Shown in pieces: positions 47,252 to 57,928 of a DNA stretch of 64,000 nt. The notes under the pieces were generated by a model that saw only the letters and a list, made by a program, of their open reading frames with translations, was not told the DNA's origin and did not search any database. The DNA lies in the NCBI GenBank assembly GCA_040218735.1, contig JAVJQW010000070.1, positions 192,001 to 256,000 of the forward strand, read 5' to 3'. Position 1 is the stretch's first letter. The number at the start of each line of letters is the position of its first letter. The translations under genes were made by a program, and so were the position numbers. Source of the DNA: Deltaproteobacteria bacterium. Its GTDB lineage: Bacteria > Myxococcota > Kuafuiibacteriia > Kuafuiibacteriales > Kuafuiibacteriaceae.

Positions 47252-49153
47252 GTGCTCGCCTCCGGGACCGCCGTCGGGCGTTACGTCGTGCTCGACCAAC
47301 TCGGCGAAGGTGCCATGGGCGAAGTCTATCGCGCGTGGGACAACGCCCTCGATCGTGTCGTCGCGCTGAAGCTGTTGCTACCGATGCGCGCCGAGAGCCC
47401 GGCGGCGCGCAAACGTTTCAACCGCGAGGCGCGGCTGTCGGCGCGCATCAACCACCCGGCCGTCGCGCACATCTACGACGTCGGTCTGTTCGACGACGTC
47501 CCGTTCATCGCGATCGAGTTCGTCCCCGGCAGGCAGCTGCGCTCGGAGATGAACGCGCCGCTGCCGAGTGAGCGCATCCTCGCCCTCACCCGCCAGATCC
47601 TCGACGGCCTCGCGGAGGCGCATCGGCAAGGCGTCGTCCACCGCGACCTCAAGCCGGAGAACATCATGATCTCCGGGCGCGACCAGGTGAAGCTCCTCGA
47701 CTTCGGCCTCGCCAAACCGATCTACGAAGACGCCGGCGAGTCGACGGACCTCTCCCACACCGGGCTCACCGGTACGCCGCGCTACATGGCGCCCGAGCAG
47801 ATCCAGGGCAACCCGATCGACGCGCGCACCGACATCTACGCGCTCGGCTCGGTGCTCTACGAGATGATCTCCGGCAGCCCCGCGCACACCGGCAAGACGC
47901 TCGGCGAGATGCTGATGGCCGTCGTCCACAAACCGGCGCCGGCGCTCACCGACGACATGTGCTCACCGGAGCTCGCGAAGATCGTGAAGCGCGCGCTCGA
48001 GAAGTCGCCGGACGCCCGCTGGCCGGACGCCGAGTCGATGCTCACCGCCATCCAGGGCCTCGGCGCGAAGGTCGAGGCGCCGCCGCCGCTGCGCGCGCCG
48101 ACTCGGGTCCCGGTGCAACGCGCCGAGACGTATACGCTGCGCGGTCGCGAAGCGTTGATCGGCGGCTCGTCGTCCTCGTCGCTCGCGATCGACATGCTCC
48201 AGCAGGCGATCGAGATCGACCCCGACTACCCGATGGCGCACGCCGTCTACGCGGAGGCCTGCGCCGCGTTGTTCAACACCGGCGCGGTCGACGCGAGCTG
48301 GCTGGACCGCGCGCAAGAGGCGCTCGAGCGCGCCGAGTCGCTCGACCCGTCGCTGCCGGATCTCCGTGTCGCGCGCGCGCGCATCGTGTGGACGAAGACG
48401 TTCAACTTCCCGGCCGAGACCGCGCTGCGCGAGCTGCGCTGGGCGCTACGCGCGGACCCGGACCACATCGGCGCGCTGCGCCTGTGGGCGACGATCACCG
48501 GGCACGTCGGGCTGATCGATCAGGCAGCCGCCGCCGTCGCGCGACGCCTCGGCAAGGATCCGAACGACGAGCTGATGCGCCTCCTCAGCGCGTCGATGTT
48601 CATCGTCGACGGCCGCACCGAGCGCGCCCTCGAGATCCTCGGCCGCATCGTGCGTCTGGATCCCAAACACGAGGACGCCCTGTTCTGGTGGACCTACGGC
48701 CACACGCTCGCGGTCGACGGCCAGATCGAAAGCGCCGCCGACGTCGCCGCCAAGACCCTCGCACGCCACCCCGAAGACCCGATGATCCACGCGCTCGCCG
48801 CGCTCGTCGCGGCGCTGCAGGGCAACTTTGCGAACCTCGACCGCCACACTGAGACCGCGCAACGCAGCATGCGCGCCGAGCTGCACCCGCACCACGCGTA
48901 TCACCTCCTCGCCCTCGCCCACTCCGCCGCCGGCAACGTCGCCGCCTCCGCGGACTGGCTGCGGCGCACCGCCGAGGAAGGCATGCCGTGTTACCCGTGG
49001 TTCGCGCGCGACCCGCTCCTCGCCAACGTCCGCGCCAGCGAACAAGGCCGTGATCTCTTCGCCGAGCTGGAGCGCCGCTACGACTTCTTCAAGCGCGAGT
49101 TCCCGCTGGACGACCCGGCGACGATGAGCTTCGTCGCGACCGAGGTCAGTTAG
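47252..49153 (+). CDS. Ser/Thr protein kinase with C-terminal TPR-like region
   Basis: GEGAMGEV, VALK, HRDLKPEN, DFG, GTPRYMAPEQ; QAIEIDPDY helical repeats. Confidence 0.92.
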   Translation: MLASGTAVGRYVVLDQLGEGAMGEVYRAWDNALDRVVALKLLLPMRAESPAARKRFNREARLSARINHPAVAHIYDVGLFDDVPFIAIEFVPGRQLRSEMNAPLPSERILALTRQILDGLAEAHRQGVVHRDLKPENIMISGRDQVKLLDFGLAKPIYEDAGESTDLSHTGLTGTPRYMAPEQIQGNPIDARTDIYALGSVLYEMISGSPAHTGKTLGEMLMAVVHKPAPALTDDMCSPELAKIVKRALEKSPDARWPDAESMLTAIQGLGAKVEAPPPLRAPTRVPVQRAETYTLRGREALIGGSSSSSLAIDMLQQAIEIDPDYPMAHAVYAEACAALFNTGAVDASWLDRAQEALERAESLDPSLPDLRVARARIVWTKTFNFPAETALRELRWALRADPDHIGALRLWATITGHVGLIDQAAAAVARRLGKDPNDELMRLLSASMFIVDGRTERALEILGRIVRLDPKHEDALFWWTYGHTLAVDGQIESAADVAAKTLARHPEDPMIHALAALVAALQGNFANLDRHTETAQRSMRAELHPHHAYHLLALAHSAAGNVAASADWLRRTAEEGMPCYPWFARDPLLANVRASEQGRDLFAELERRYDFFKREFPLDDPATMSFVATEVS

Positions 49154-49155
49154 AC

Positions 49156-50337
49156 CTATCCTCGACCTGCAAGGTCGCGGGCGGCTCCTCGTTCGTCTGC
49201 GAGCACCTCGTCGACCGACGTCGCGTCGAGCGCGCGATCCAGCCAACGTTCGAGGCACTCGACGTCGTCGCACGCCCTGATGTGGACTCGCTGGTCGTCT
49301 GTGAGGGTCAGACCGCGACGCTCGAGGACGCGCAAGAGCATCGCCGCTCGCCCCTTGAGTGCGCCTCGGGTCTCGCCTTGTAGAGAGTACCTTTGGACGG
49401 CGGACGACTGGAGCTCGTACTTCGGTGAGCCAATGTCCTTGTTGCCTGCGCGCGTCCCGCGCAGTCGAACCGGCTGTCGCAGTTGGTAGTAGTGGACCAT
49501 CGCATACGTCAGCAGCTTCTCGGGTACGACGACCGGTCGAATGCTGCGTCCCGTGGCGGCTTCGACTTCGGCGACCCCCTCGATGTCGAGCGGGTCCTCC
49601 ATCCCCAACTGGAGACCACCGAACTCCTCGAGTTCGAGCGGGAAGACCCGTCGCCGCTGCACGAGCTCGCGCGGAACCGACGCAATGACTTCGGCGTCCA
49701 CGTTGCCAATCCAGGCTACGCAAGGTGTTCCCAACTGTTCTCCCAGGCAGTGCGCTAGCGCCCCGAGGTTGAGATAACCCATCTCGATCAGGTTTGTGCC
49801 CAACCGCCTGCCGTAGCGGGTCTGCGCTTCGAGCGCCTCATCGAGCTGACCGTGCGTGATGTACTGGCGATCGACCAACATCTGGCCAACCTGTTTCGGT
49901 GCGACGCGCGTGACTGCGGCGCGAAGCCTCCGGAGCTCATAGGCGGCACGTGAGCTGTGAGTCGCCGCCTCCGCAACCTGAAGGATGTTGCTGCGTTCGT
50001 CAGGGTCCAACGCCATCGCCGGGACCTTCGATGCGATCCCCATCGACGCCAGGACGCCGATGATGTTGACGATTCCGACGTAGATGGCCTTCTCGGTTAC
50101 GCCGTCGATACGAAGCAGCTCCCGAAGCAGCGGAGTAAAGTCGAATTCGCCGTCCCGCAGCGATCGGCCGACGATCCGTTGGACACGTTCTCTGAGAGCC
50201 CACATGCCCAGTCTCCTGATCGCGGGCGTCTCGACGAGTGCGTGGACAATCACGCGTTCGACCGCGGCAGCTCCAGGCGTCGCGGACTCCGCACCAGGGG
50301 ACAGAGATCTCCGTCGGCCGTTCGAACTCGACGTCAC
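49156..50337 (-). CDS. MshEN/GspE N-terminal domain protein with an Rpn/DUF4351-like C-terminal tail
   Basis: QVGQMLV....ITHGQLDEALEAQ...GRRLGTNLIEMG; VPRELV...VFP...MEDPLD; tail LLRVLERRG...IRACDD...LERWLDRALDATSVDEVL. Start uncertain. Confidence 0.7.
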   Translation of the reverse strand: MTSSSNGRRRSLSPGAESATPGAAAVERVIVHALVETPAIRRLGMWALRERVQRIVGRSLRDGEFDFTPLLRELLRIDGVTEKAIYVGIVNIIGVLASMGIASKVPAMALDPDERSNILQVAEAATHSSRAAYELRRLRAAVTRVAPKQVGQMLVDRQYITHGQLDEALEAQTRYGRRLGTNLIEMGYLNLGALAHCLGEQLGTPCVAWIGNVDAEVIASVPRELVQRRRVFPLELEEFGGLQLGMEDPLDIEGVAEVEAATGRSIRPVVVPEKLLTYAMVHYYQLRQPVRLRGTRAGNKDIGSPKYELQSSAVQRYSLQGETRGALKGRAAMLLRVLERRGLTLTDDQRVHIRACDDVECLERWLDRALDATSVDEVLADERGAARDLAGRG

Positions 50338-50431
50338 CAAGACCTCAGATCGGCAAAAATGGCGACGGTATGAGTGCCTGCGGCAGAGGTCTGGCGAGCG
50401 CTTCGATCTGACGCAGCCCCTTGAAGCACCG

Positions 50432-51589
50432 TCACGGCCCAAACTCCCGGTCATAGAGCTTCTTCCACTCTTCGACGCGGTGGGAAAGCGAGCAGCGTTC
50501 GATGAACTCGTCGTCGAGGTCCTCGGAATCAACGAGCGCGGATGCAACGTGAACGACTCCGGCGACCCCGAGCTCATCGGTCATGAGGCGGGACGGCTGG
50601 TGATGGTGTGCGATAGCCTCGACGACCGGGTACGGCAGCCCCCACAGCCCCATGAGATACGCGCCGACCTCCGCATGGGTGACGCCGAGGAGCTCGAACT
50701 CTGCGTCTCGTCGACGGACTCCGTCGGTCTCGACGCGGCGCTGACATGCTTCAAAGGTCTCGGGGAGCTGCGACGCGAGGACGAGCTCTCCCGTGTCGTG
50801 GAGCATCCCAGCGAGGAATGCGGCTCGTCCCGCCGAGGCGTCATCGGCGATGCGCTGCGCCAGGCGCGCTGTCGCGACGGCCCGTGCTTCGAACTTCGCG
50901 AGAGAGAACGACACCGCAAGTGGACGGCGCACGCTCTTGAGTAGCTCGAACGTGAGTACGAGGCTCTTGATCGTCGATGTGCCCAATCGGACGACGGCAT
51001 CACCGATGGAGGCAACGACGCGTCCGGAGGAGAAGAAGCTCGAGTTCACCATCTGAAGCACTCGAGCCGAGAGGGCGACATCCTGCTCGATGAGCTCGGC
51101 AACCTGTTCGGCTCCTGCCTGGGGGTCCGCCAGGATGCGGTTGAGCTCGAGACAGATCGTTGGCAAGGATGGGAGCTGCTCGGTGGCGCCGATGGCCCTC
51201 GAAACGCGCTCATCGGTGATGAGCTTTCGCAGTCCGCACGCTCGCTCGATGACATCGAGGAGGTCCTCGGGTCGACACGGTTTAGCGAGCATCTGGTGCG
51301 CCAGCGGGGCGGCGCGCAGCGCGCTTTCCAACTCCGTATAGCCAGACAAGACAATCCGCACGACGTCCGGCTGTTCGCTACGGAGGTGCTCGAGCACAGC
51401 CTCACCGCCGACGACAGGCATCTTCATGTCGGTGACAACGACGTCGTAACGGTTGCGCTCGATCTGCTCGATCCCGGCCTTACCGCCCACTGCAAACGTC
51501 ATCTCCCATCGACACCGGTTCCGGCGAAGTGTGTTTCGAATGCCGTTGAGGACACCCGGTTCGTCGTCTATGAAGAGAATCCGCTTCAT
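50432..51589 (-). CDS. Response regulator with HDOD domain
   Basis: ILFIDDE, TDMKMP, LSG, KP (REC); LPSLP, DVALSARVLQMVNSSFF, AGMLHDTG, HAEVGAYLMGLWGLP. Confidence 0.9.
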   Translation of the reverse strand: MKRILFIDDEPGVLNGIRNTLRRNRCRWEMTFAVGGKAGIEQIERNRYDVVVTDMKMPVVGGEAVLEHLRSEQPDVVRIVLSGYTELESALRAAPLAHQMLAKPCRPEDLLDVIERACGLRKLITDERVSRAIGATEQLPSLPTICLELNRILADPQAGAEQVAELIEQDVALSARVLQMVNSSFFSSGRVVASIGDAVVRLGTSTIKSLVLTFELLKSVRRPLAVSFSLAKFEARAVATARLAQRIADDASAGRAAFLAGMLHDTGELVLASQLPETFEACQRRVETDGVRRRDAEFELLGVTHAEVGAYLMGLWGLPYPVVEAIAHHHQPSRLMTDELGVAGVVHVASALVDSEDLDDEFIERCSLSHRVEEWKKLYDREFGP

Positions 51590-53040
51590 GCCGCCCTGCC
51601 TTCTGTTCTGGGTCGCGCCGGAAGCCTGACACAGAAGACTGTTCCGCGTTCTTCCGCCGGTCGAGCAACGATCGAGCCACCATGTTTGTCGATGACCGCT
51701 CGTGAGATGGCGAGGCCCTGCCCCGTCCCGACGCCGACCTCCTTCGTAGTGAAAAAGGGATCGAAGATCCGGTGGCGAATATCCTCCGGAATTCCGCCAC
51801 CATTGTCCTGAAATTCAACGACGACATCTTCGCCATGCGCTCGAGACCGAACGACGATCTCTCCGCGTCGCGCGGATGCGTCGGCGACACTGGCGATCGC
51901 GTGGGCAGCATTGACGAGTATATTGAGGAACACCTGACCGACCTCTCCGCCATGACAGATGACCTCGGGAACCGTCTCGAGCTCGAGAGTGACGTCTGCG
52001 ACGTACTTGTACTCATTGCGCGCAACCACGAGCACGTTCTTCAGGGCCTGGTTGACGTCGAAGGGCGCCTGCTCCTTCTGGTCCGGATGGGAGAATTCCT
52101 TCATCGACCGGACGATCTCTGTCACTCGAGCGATGCCGCTTTGAGTCATCTCGAGGGCCTGCGGGACATTCTCCAGCAGGTACTCCAGGTCGGCCTCCCT
52201 ATCCGCCTTCCGTAGGCGCTCCTCGAGGGGCCCATGGGGCGCTTCTCCGAGGGACAGCATAATCTCCCGACGATAGGCGCCGATGAGGCTCAGGAGGTCC
52301 TCGAACGCACCGCTGAGGAAATGAACGTTGTCGCCAACGTACTGCATCGGCGTATTGATCTCGTGGGCGACCCCAGCTGCGAGTTGTCCGACCGCCTCGA
52401 GCTTGTGGGCGATTCGGCGCTCCATCTCGATCTTCTCTCTTGCCTCGACCTCGGCCAGCACTCGCTGGTTCGCCTCTTCGAGCTCGCGCGTCCTGAGTCG
52501 GACGCGCTCCTCGAGCTGGTTCATCCGCATCGACGCCTGTCTCGAGAGCACCCAGCGCTGACGCAAGGCGAACGCGAGCTGCCGAACCTCGACCGAGTCG
52601 AACGGCTTTCTGAGGATCAGCACGCGGTCCGATTCACCAACCTCATCGATGATCTCGTCCCAGCTGTGGTCCGAGTAGGCTGAGCAGATAACCACGGAGA
52701 TGTCCGGATCAGCCCGGATGATATTCGCCGTCGTCTCGATTCCGTCCATTCCGGGGGGCATTCGCACGTCGACGAACGCAAGTGCGTACGGAGCACCAGC
52801 CGCGACCGCGGCGCATACCCTCTGGTAACCCACGTCACCTTGAAAGGCGGAGTCGATGTCGAACGACTGACGGGAGTGGGTATCGCCGAAGAGGTCGGAT
52901 TCGAACTCGTCGAGAGCATCTGTCGTGCCGGTGGGCCCGATGATCTTCTTGAAGTCCTCGTGAATCGCCTCGTTGTCGTCGACGATGAGCACTCGGCGGT
53001 TGTCGAGGGCCGGGTCGGAATGAAGCTCCGAGGGATGCAT
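51586..53040 (-). CDS. Hybrid sensor histidine kinase (REC-HisKA-HATPase)
   Basis: LIVDDN, FVDVRMPPGMDG; AHEINTP; NAAHA, DNGGG, FDPFFTTK, GTGQGL. Start uncertain (53040, up to 53160). Confidence 0.9.
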   Translation of the reverse strand: MHPSELHSDPALDNRRVLIVDDNEAIHEDFKKIIGPTGTTDALDEFESDLFGDTHSRQSFDIDSAFQGDVGYQRVCAAVAAGAPYALAFVDVRMPPGMDGIETTANIIRADPDISVVICSAYSDHSWDEIIDEVGESDRVLILRKPFDSVEVRQLAFALRQRWVLSRQASMRMNQLEERVRLRTRELEEANQRVLAEVEAREKIEMERRIAHKLEAVGQLAAGVAHEINTPMQYVGDNVHFLSGAFEDLLSLIGAYRREIMLSLGEAPHGPLEERLRKADREADLEYLLENVPQALEMTQSGIARVTEIVRSMKEFSHPDQKEQAPFDVNQALKNVLVVARNEYKYVADVTLELETVPEVICHGGEVGQVFLNILVNAAHAIASVADASARRGEIVVRSRAHGEDVVVEFQDNGGGIPEDIRHRIFDPFFTTKEVGVGTGQGLAISRAVIDKHGGSIVARPAEERGTVFCVRLPARPRTEGRAA

Positions 53041-53149
53041 TCTCCCAACGCAGTCGACGTCAATTCGCTCGGCTTGACGGCCTGCCTCGATCCGAGACGA
53101 CACTGCTGTGTTCTCAAATGCCTGCGCGACGTGCCGAACGCCAGTAGAG

Positions 53150-54490
53150 GTGGAGCTCATCGGATCCGAGACCTTGGACGGTAGATATCTGGTCGATCAT
53201 CTGCCTGCGATCGTCCTCGTTGTGTCGGCCAAGGGCCGCATCGTTCACGCAAATCGCGAAGCCACATGTCGCCTCGCGACGTCAGAGGAGCCGTCCCTGG
53301 AAGGGAAGATGCTCGAGTCACTTCTTGGGGAGCCCAACGTATTCGACGTACTCACATTCGATTCGGTCTTCTTGCAGGGGCCGACTCATGAGACGTTGAT
53401 CGTCTTCACCGGGGCCAGCGGGGACAATCTCATATGCTCCGCCAACTCGATAATCGTCACCTACGAGAACGCTCCACACGTAGTCCTCGTTGCCCACAGC
53501 TCGGGTGACCTTCACGACGCGCTGGCCTCGACCTCGCGCTGGGCTGCGTCAGAGCAGAACGAGGCCGTCAAGCTGCGGAAAGCGCAGCAAGCGTTGGCGT
53601 TCAAGAACAAGGAACTGCAGGACGCGCAGCGGCGAATCAGCGAAACGAGTCGCGTGGCGGGTATGGCGGAGATAGCCACGGGAATCCTTCACAACGTAGG
53701 AAACGTGCTGAACAGCGTGAACGTATCTGCGGATGTCGTTGCCGACCGCATCCGACACTCGCGCGTCAAGGGCTTGTTCAAGGCCGTCGACCTGATGAAG
53801 TCTCAGGAGGATCTGGCGGTGTTTCTGACCGGAGATCCCCGCGGCCGGAAGCTCCTGCCGTATCTCATCGAACTATGCAGGCAGCTGGAGGCGGAACGCG
53901 TCGAGGTCGACGCCGAACTAGCCGTTCTCCAGGAGAGGGTCGAGCGAATCAAGTCGATCGTCGCGAAGCAGCAGCGCTTCGCCCGAGTCGTCTCCGTGGT
54001 CGAGAGCTGTCGACCGTCCGACCTCGTGTCCGAGGGACTCGACCTCGTGAGCGACTCGATGTTGCATCACCATGTCGAGATAGTCAGGGACGAGGAAGAG
54101 ATCCCCGAACTGATGGTCGATCGTCACCGGTTCGTTCAAATCCTGGTCAACCTACTTACGAACGCGACGAACGCGCTGAGTGACGCTGAAGGTTCGCCCG
54201 AGCGCCAGATAACCATTCGACTTCGCGAGAAAGGCGAGACTCGGTTCGTCTTGGATGTGATCGACAACGGCGTCGGGATTGCGCCAGAGCTCGTGGGAGA
54301 AGTCTTCAAGCACGGCTTCACAACGCGGAAGAACGGCCACGGTTTCGGACTACACGACTCCGCGAACGCGGCAACAGAGCTTGGCGGTTCGCTGACCTGC
54401 GCGAGCGACGGCCTTGGACGCGGCGCGACGTTCAGGCTCGAGCTTCCGATGGTTCTTCCGACCCCCTGCCTTCATGACTCCGTTTCCTAG
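53150..54490 (+). CDS. PAS-domain sensor histidine kinase
   Basis: GRIVHANREA (PAS); LHNVGNVL H-box; NLLTNA, DNGVG, GFTT, GHGFGL. Start uncertain. Confidence 0.88.
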   Translation: MELIGSETLDGRYLVDHLPAIVLVVSAKGRIVHANREATCRLATSEEPSLEGKMLESLLGEPNVFDVLTFDSVFLQGPTHETLIVFTGASGDNLICSANSIIVTYENAPHVVLVAHSSGDLHDALASTSRWAASEQNEAVKLRKAQQALAFKNKELQDAQRRISETSRVAGMAEIATGILHNVGNVLNSVNVSADVVADRIRHSRVKGLFKAVDLMKSQEDLAVFLTGDPRGRKLLPYLIELCRQLEAERVEVDAELAVLQERVERIKSIVAKQQRFARVVSVVESCRPSDLVSEGLDLVSDSMLHHHVEIVRDEEEIPELMVDRHRFVQILVNLLTNATNALSDAEGSPERQITIRLREKGETRFVLDVIDNGVGIAPELVGEVFKHGFTTRKNGHGFGLHDSANAATELGGSLTCASDGLGRGATFRLELPMVLPTPCLHDSVS

Positions 54491-54510
54491 AACCATGGAT
54501 TCACGCGGCC

Positions 54511-55680
<1,170 letters not shown>

Positions 55681-55735
55681 GAGCCTTTTTCGAACGTCGA
55701 ATACGGAAGGCGAAAACCTCAGAGGGATTCACTGG

Positions 55736-57736
55736 CTAGCGGCGGCGGATCTTCAGGGCGCGGCGCAGCTCTCCCACCAGCTCCGACACGTCCTTGAAGC
55801 GCGCCTTCGGCTCGACCGCCGTCGCACGCGCCAGGACGCCGGCGGCGAGGACCGCGCCCTCCTGGTCCAGGGCCTTCAGGCACTCCGACAGGACCGCGGC
55901 GAGCGCGTACTGATCCACCGCCGGGCCCTGCGGCACGTCCGGTTTGTGCTCCGGCGGGATGAACGCGGCGTTCGACAGCTGCTGCACCGTCGCGACGCCC
56001 GACTGAAACCCGAGGATGCGCGGGCGGTGGTCCTTGCGCGTGACCCAGATGGTCGTCGGATCCAACGCGCCGTGCACGACCCCCACGGCGTGGGCCTTTG
56101 CGATGCCCTCCGCGATGTCGACGACCAGGCTCCGCGCGCTGTCCGTCGAGATCGCCTCCTTGGTCACCACGGTCTCCAAGGTGCGCCCCTCCTCGACGGG
56201 ATAGGTCGAGTAGATGCGATCCCCCGCCACCCCGATCATCTTGGCGGGCGGGAGCAAGTCGACCTTCAGCTTCTCGAGCTCGGCGTTGGCGCGATGGATC
56301 GAGCCGAGCACCACGCTCCGCCGCGTGACGATCGGCGGCGTCGCGCGCAGCAGGAGCGCCTCGTTCGTCGTCGTGTCCCGCGTCGTCGCGACGATGATCG
56401 ACGGCGACGACTCCACGACCGACTCGACCAGGTAACGCTCGGCGTACGTCGCGCCCTCGCGGGGGGTGTCGCGGACGTCGGCGATCGACTTCTCGACGAG
56501 CTTCGTCCCGCCGTAGCCGACCATCGCCAGCAGCACGATCAGCAGCGCCCACCGCGACCAACGCGACCGGCGGATCCAGCGGTCGTCGTCGAGGAACACC
56601 CCCGGCTGCTCGACCTCGATGTTCTGCGAGTCCCACGCCGCGGCCTCGCGCTCTTCGCTCGACAGCTCGCGCACCACGGTGTCCGCGATGTCGGCGCCGC
56701 CGAGGCGGCGGACCTCCTTGAGCTGCGCCGGGTCGATGCGCCCGGTCGCTTCCAGCTGGTGTTGGATTCGGGCCTGCGCTTCGTGGGCGTCCTTGAAGGC
56801 CTCGCGCAACCAGTCGCCGACGACCTTGTTCGTGACGTCGCGCCCCGCGAGCCACCCCTCGAGCCGCGCCGCGACGCCCTCGGAGGTCCCCAGGCGGCGC
56901 TTCGGATCCCGCTCGAGCATGCCGTGCACGATCGAAGCGAGCTCGTCGTCGACGTCGCCCCGGAGCTTCTGCACGCGGGGGATCGGCCCCGACAGCACCC
57001 GGTGCAGCGCGGTCGCCGGCACCGCGGCGTGGAAGAGTCGACGGTTGGTGAGCATCTCGAACAGGACGATGCCCAGGGAGAACATGTCGCAGCGCGGGTC
57101 GGCGGGTTGGCCGCGGATGATCTCCGGCGCCATGTACCCGACCTTCCCCTTGAACTCGCCGTGCTGCGTCTTCGCCAAGTTGCCCTTCACCTTGGCGACG
57201 CCGAAGTCGAGGATCTTCACGGGCCCCGCGTAGGTCGCGAAGAGGTTCTCGGGGCTGATGTCCCGGTGCACGAGATCGAGCGACTCCCCGACGGTGTCCG
57301 TGGCCGCGTGTGCATAGGCGAGCCCGTGGGCGGCGTCCGCGATCATCCGCACGGCGATCTCGATCGGGATCCATACGCCGCGCTGCGCCATGACCTTGAT
57401 GCACTCCGCGACGGAGTGCCCGGAGAGGTGCTCCATCGCGAGGAACAGCGCGCCGGACTCCGACTCGCCGAGGTCGAACACCTGGACGATGTTGGGGTGA
57501 GACAGCTGAGAACAGATGCGCGCCTCGTCGATGAACATGCGGGAGAACCGCTCGTCGTGCGCGAGGTGCGCGAGCATGATCTTCAGCACGACCATGCGCT
57601 CGAAACCCGCGATGCCGCGCTTGCGCGCGATGTAGACCTCGCCCATCCCTCCGGTCGCGAGGTGGCCGCGGATCTCGTAGGGGCCGACGCGCGCGTCCGG
57701 CCCGAGGGGCGCGCTCGACACCTCGGACCAGCTCAT
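55736..57736 (-). CDS. Ser/Thr kinase with TM segment and C-terminal pseudokinase domain
   Basis: N-terminal ATGGMGEV, VLK, HRDISPEN, DFG, YMAPE; TM WALLIVLLAMVGYGG; C-terminal VVHGALDP, ILGF, FIPPE, DQYALA. Confidence 0.85.
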   Translation of the reverse strand: MSWSEVSSAPLGPDARVGPYEIRGHLATGGMGEVYIARKRGIAGFERMVVLKIMLAHLAHDERFSRMFIDEARICSQLSHPNIVQVFDLGESESGALFLAMEHLSGHSVAECIKVMAQRGVWIPIEIAVRMIADAAHGLAYAHAATDTVGESLDLVHRDISPENLFATYAGPVKILDFGVAKVKGNLAKTQHGEFKGKVGYMAPEIIRGQPADPRCDMFSLGIVLFEMLTNRRLFHAAVPATALHRVLSGPIPRVQKLRGDVDDELASIVHGMLERDPKRRLGTSEGVAARLEGWLAGRDVTNKVVGDWLREAFKDAHEAQARIQHQLEATGRIDPAQLKEVRRLGGADIADTVVRELSSEEREAAAWDSQNIEVEQPGVFLDDDRWIRRSRWSRWALLIVLLAMVGYGGTKLVEKSIADVRDTPREGATYAERYLVESVVESSPSIIVATTRDTTTNEALLLRATPPIVTRRSVVLGSIHRANAELEKLKVDLLPPAKMIGVAGDRIYSTYPVEEGRTLETVVTKEAISTDSARSLVVDIAEGIAKAHAVGVVHGALDPTTIWVTRKDHRPRILGFQSGVATVQQLSNAAFIPPEHKPDVPQGPAVDQYALAAVLSECLKALDQEGAVLAAGVLARATAVEPKARFKDVSELVGELRRALKIRRR

Positions 57737-57928
57737 GCGGCCATCGTCACGTCGGGCGCCCCGAGGGTCAAACCGAACCGCGCGGCTCGATTCACCCGCT
57801 CGGCGCGTGGTCGGTACCACCACGCCACGTCACCCCTGGCATTGTGCCGAGGAATTTCGGATGGTTGCATGCCGATACCGCACCGGTCGTGGTCTTGCTT
57901 GGTACGACCGCGGATGTTGAGTCGATTG

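Larger units (their letters stand above)
49156..54490. other. Compositionally atypical (lower GC) four-gene signalling island
   Basis: Spot counts: 30/60 GC at 53341-53400 versus 44/60 at 48001-48060; many A/T-ending codons; no integrase or flanking repeats seen. Confidence 0.65.
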
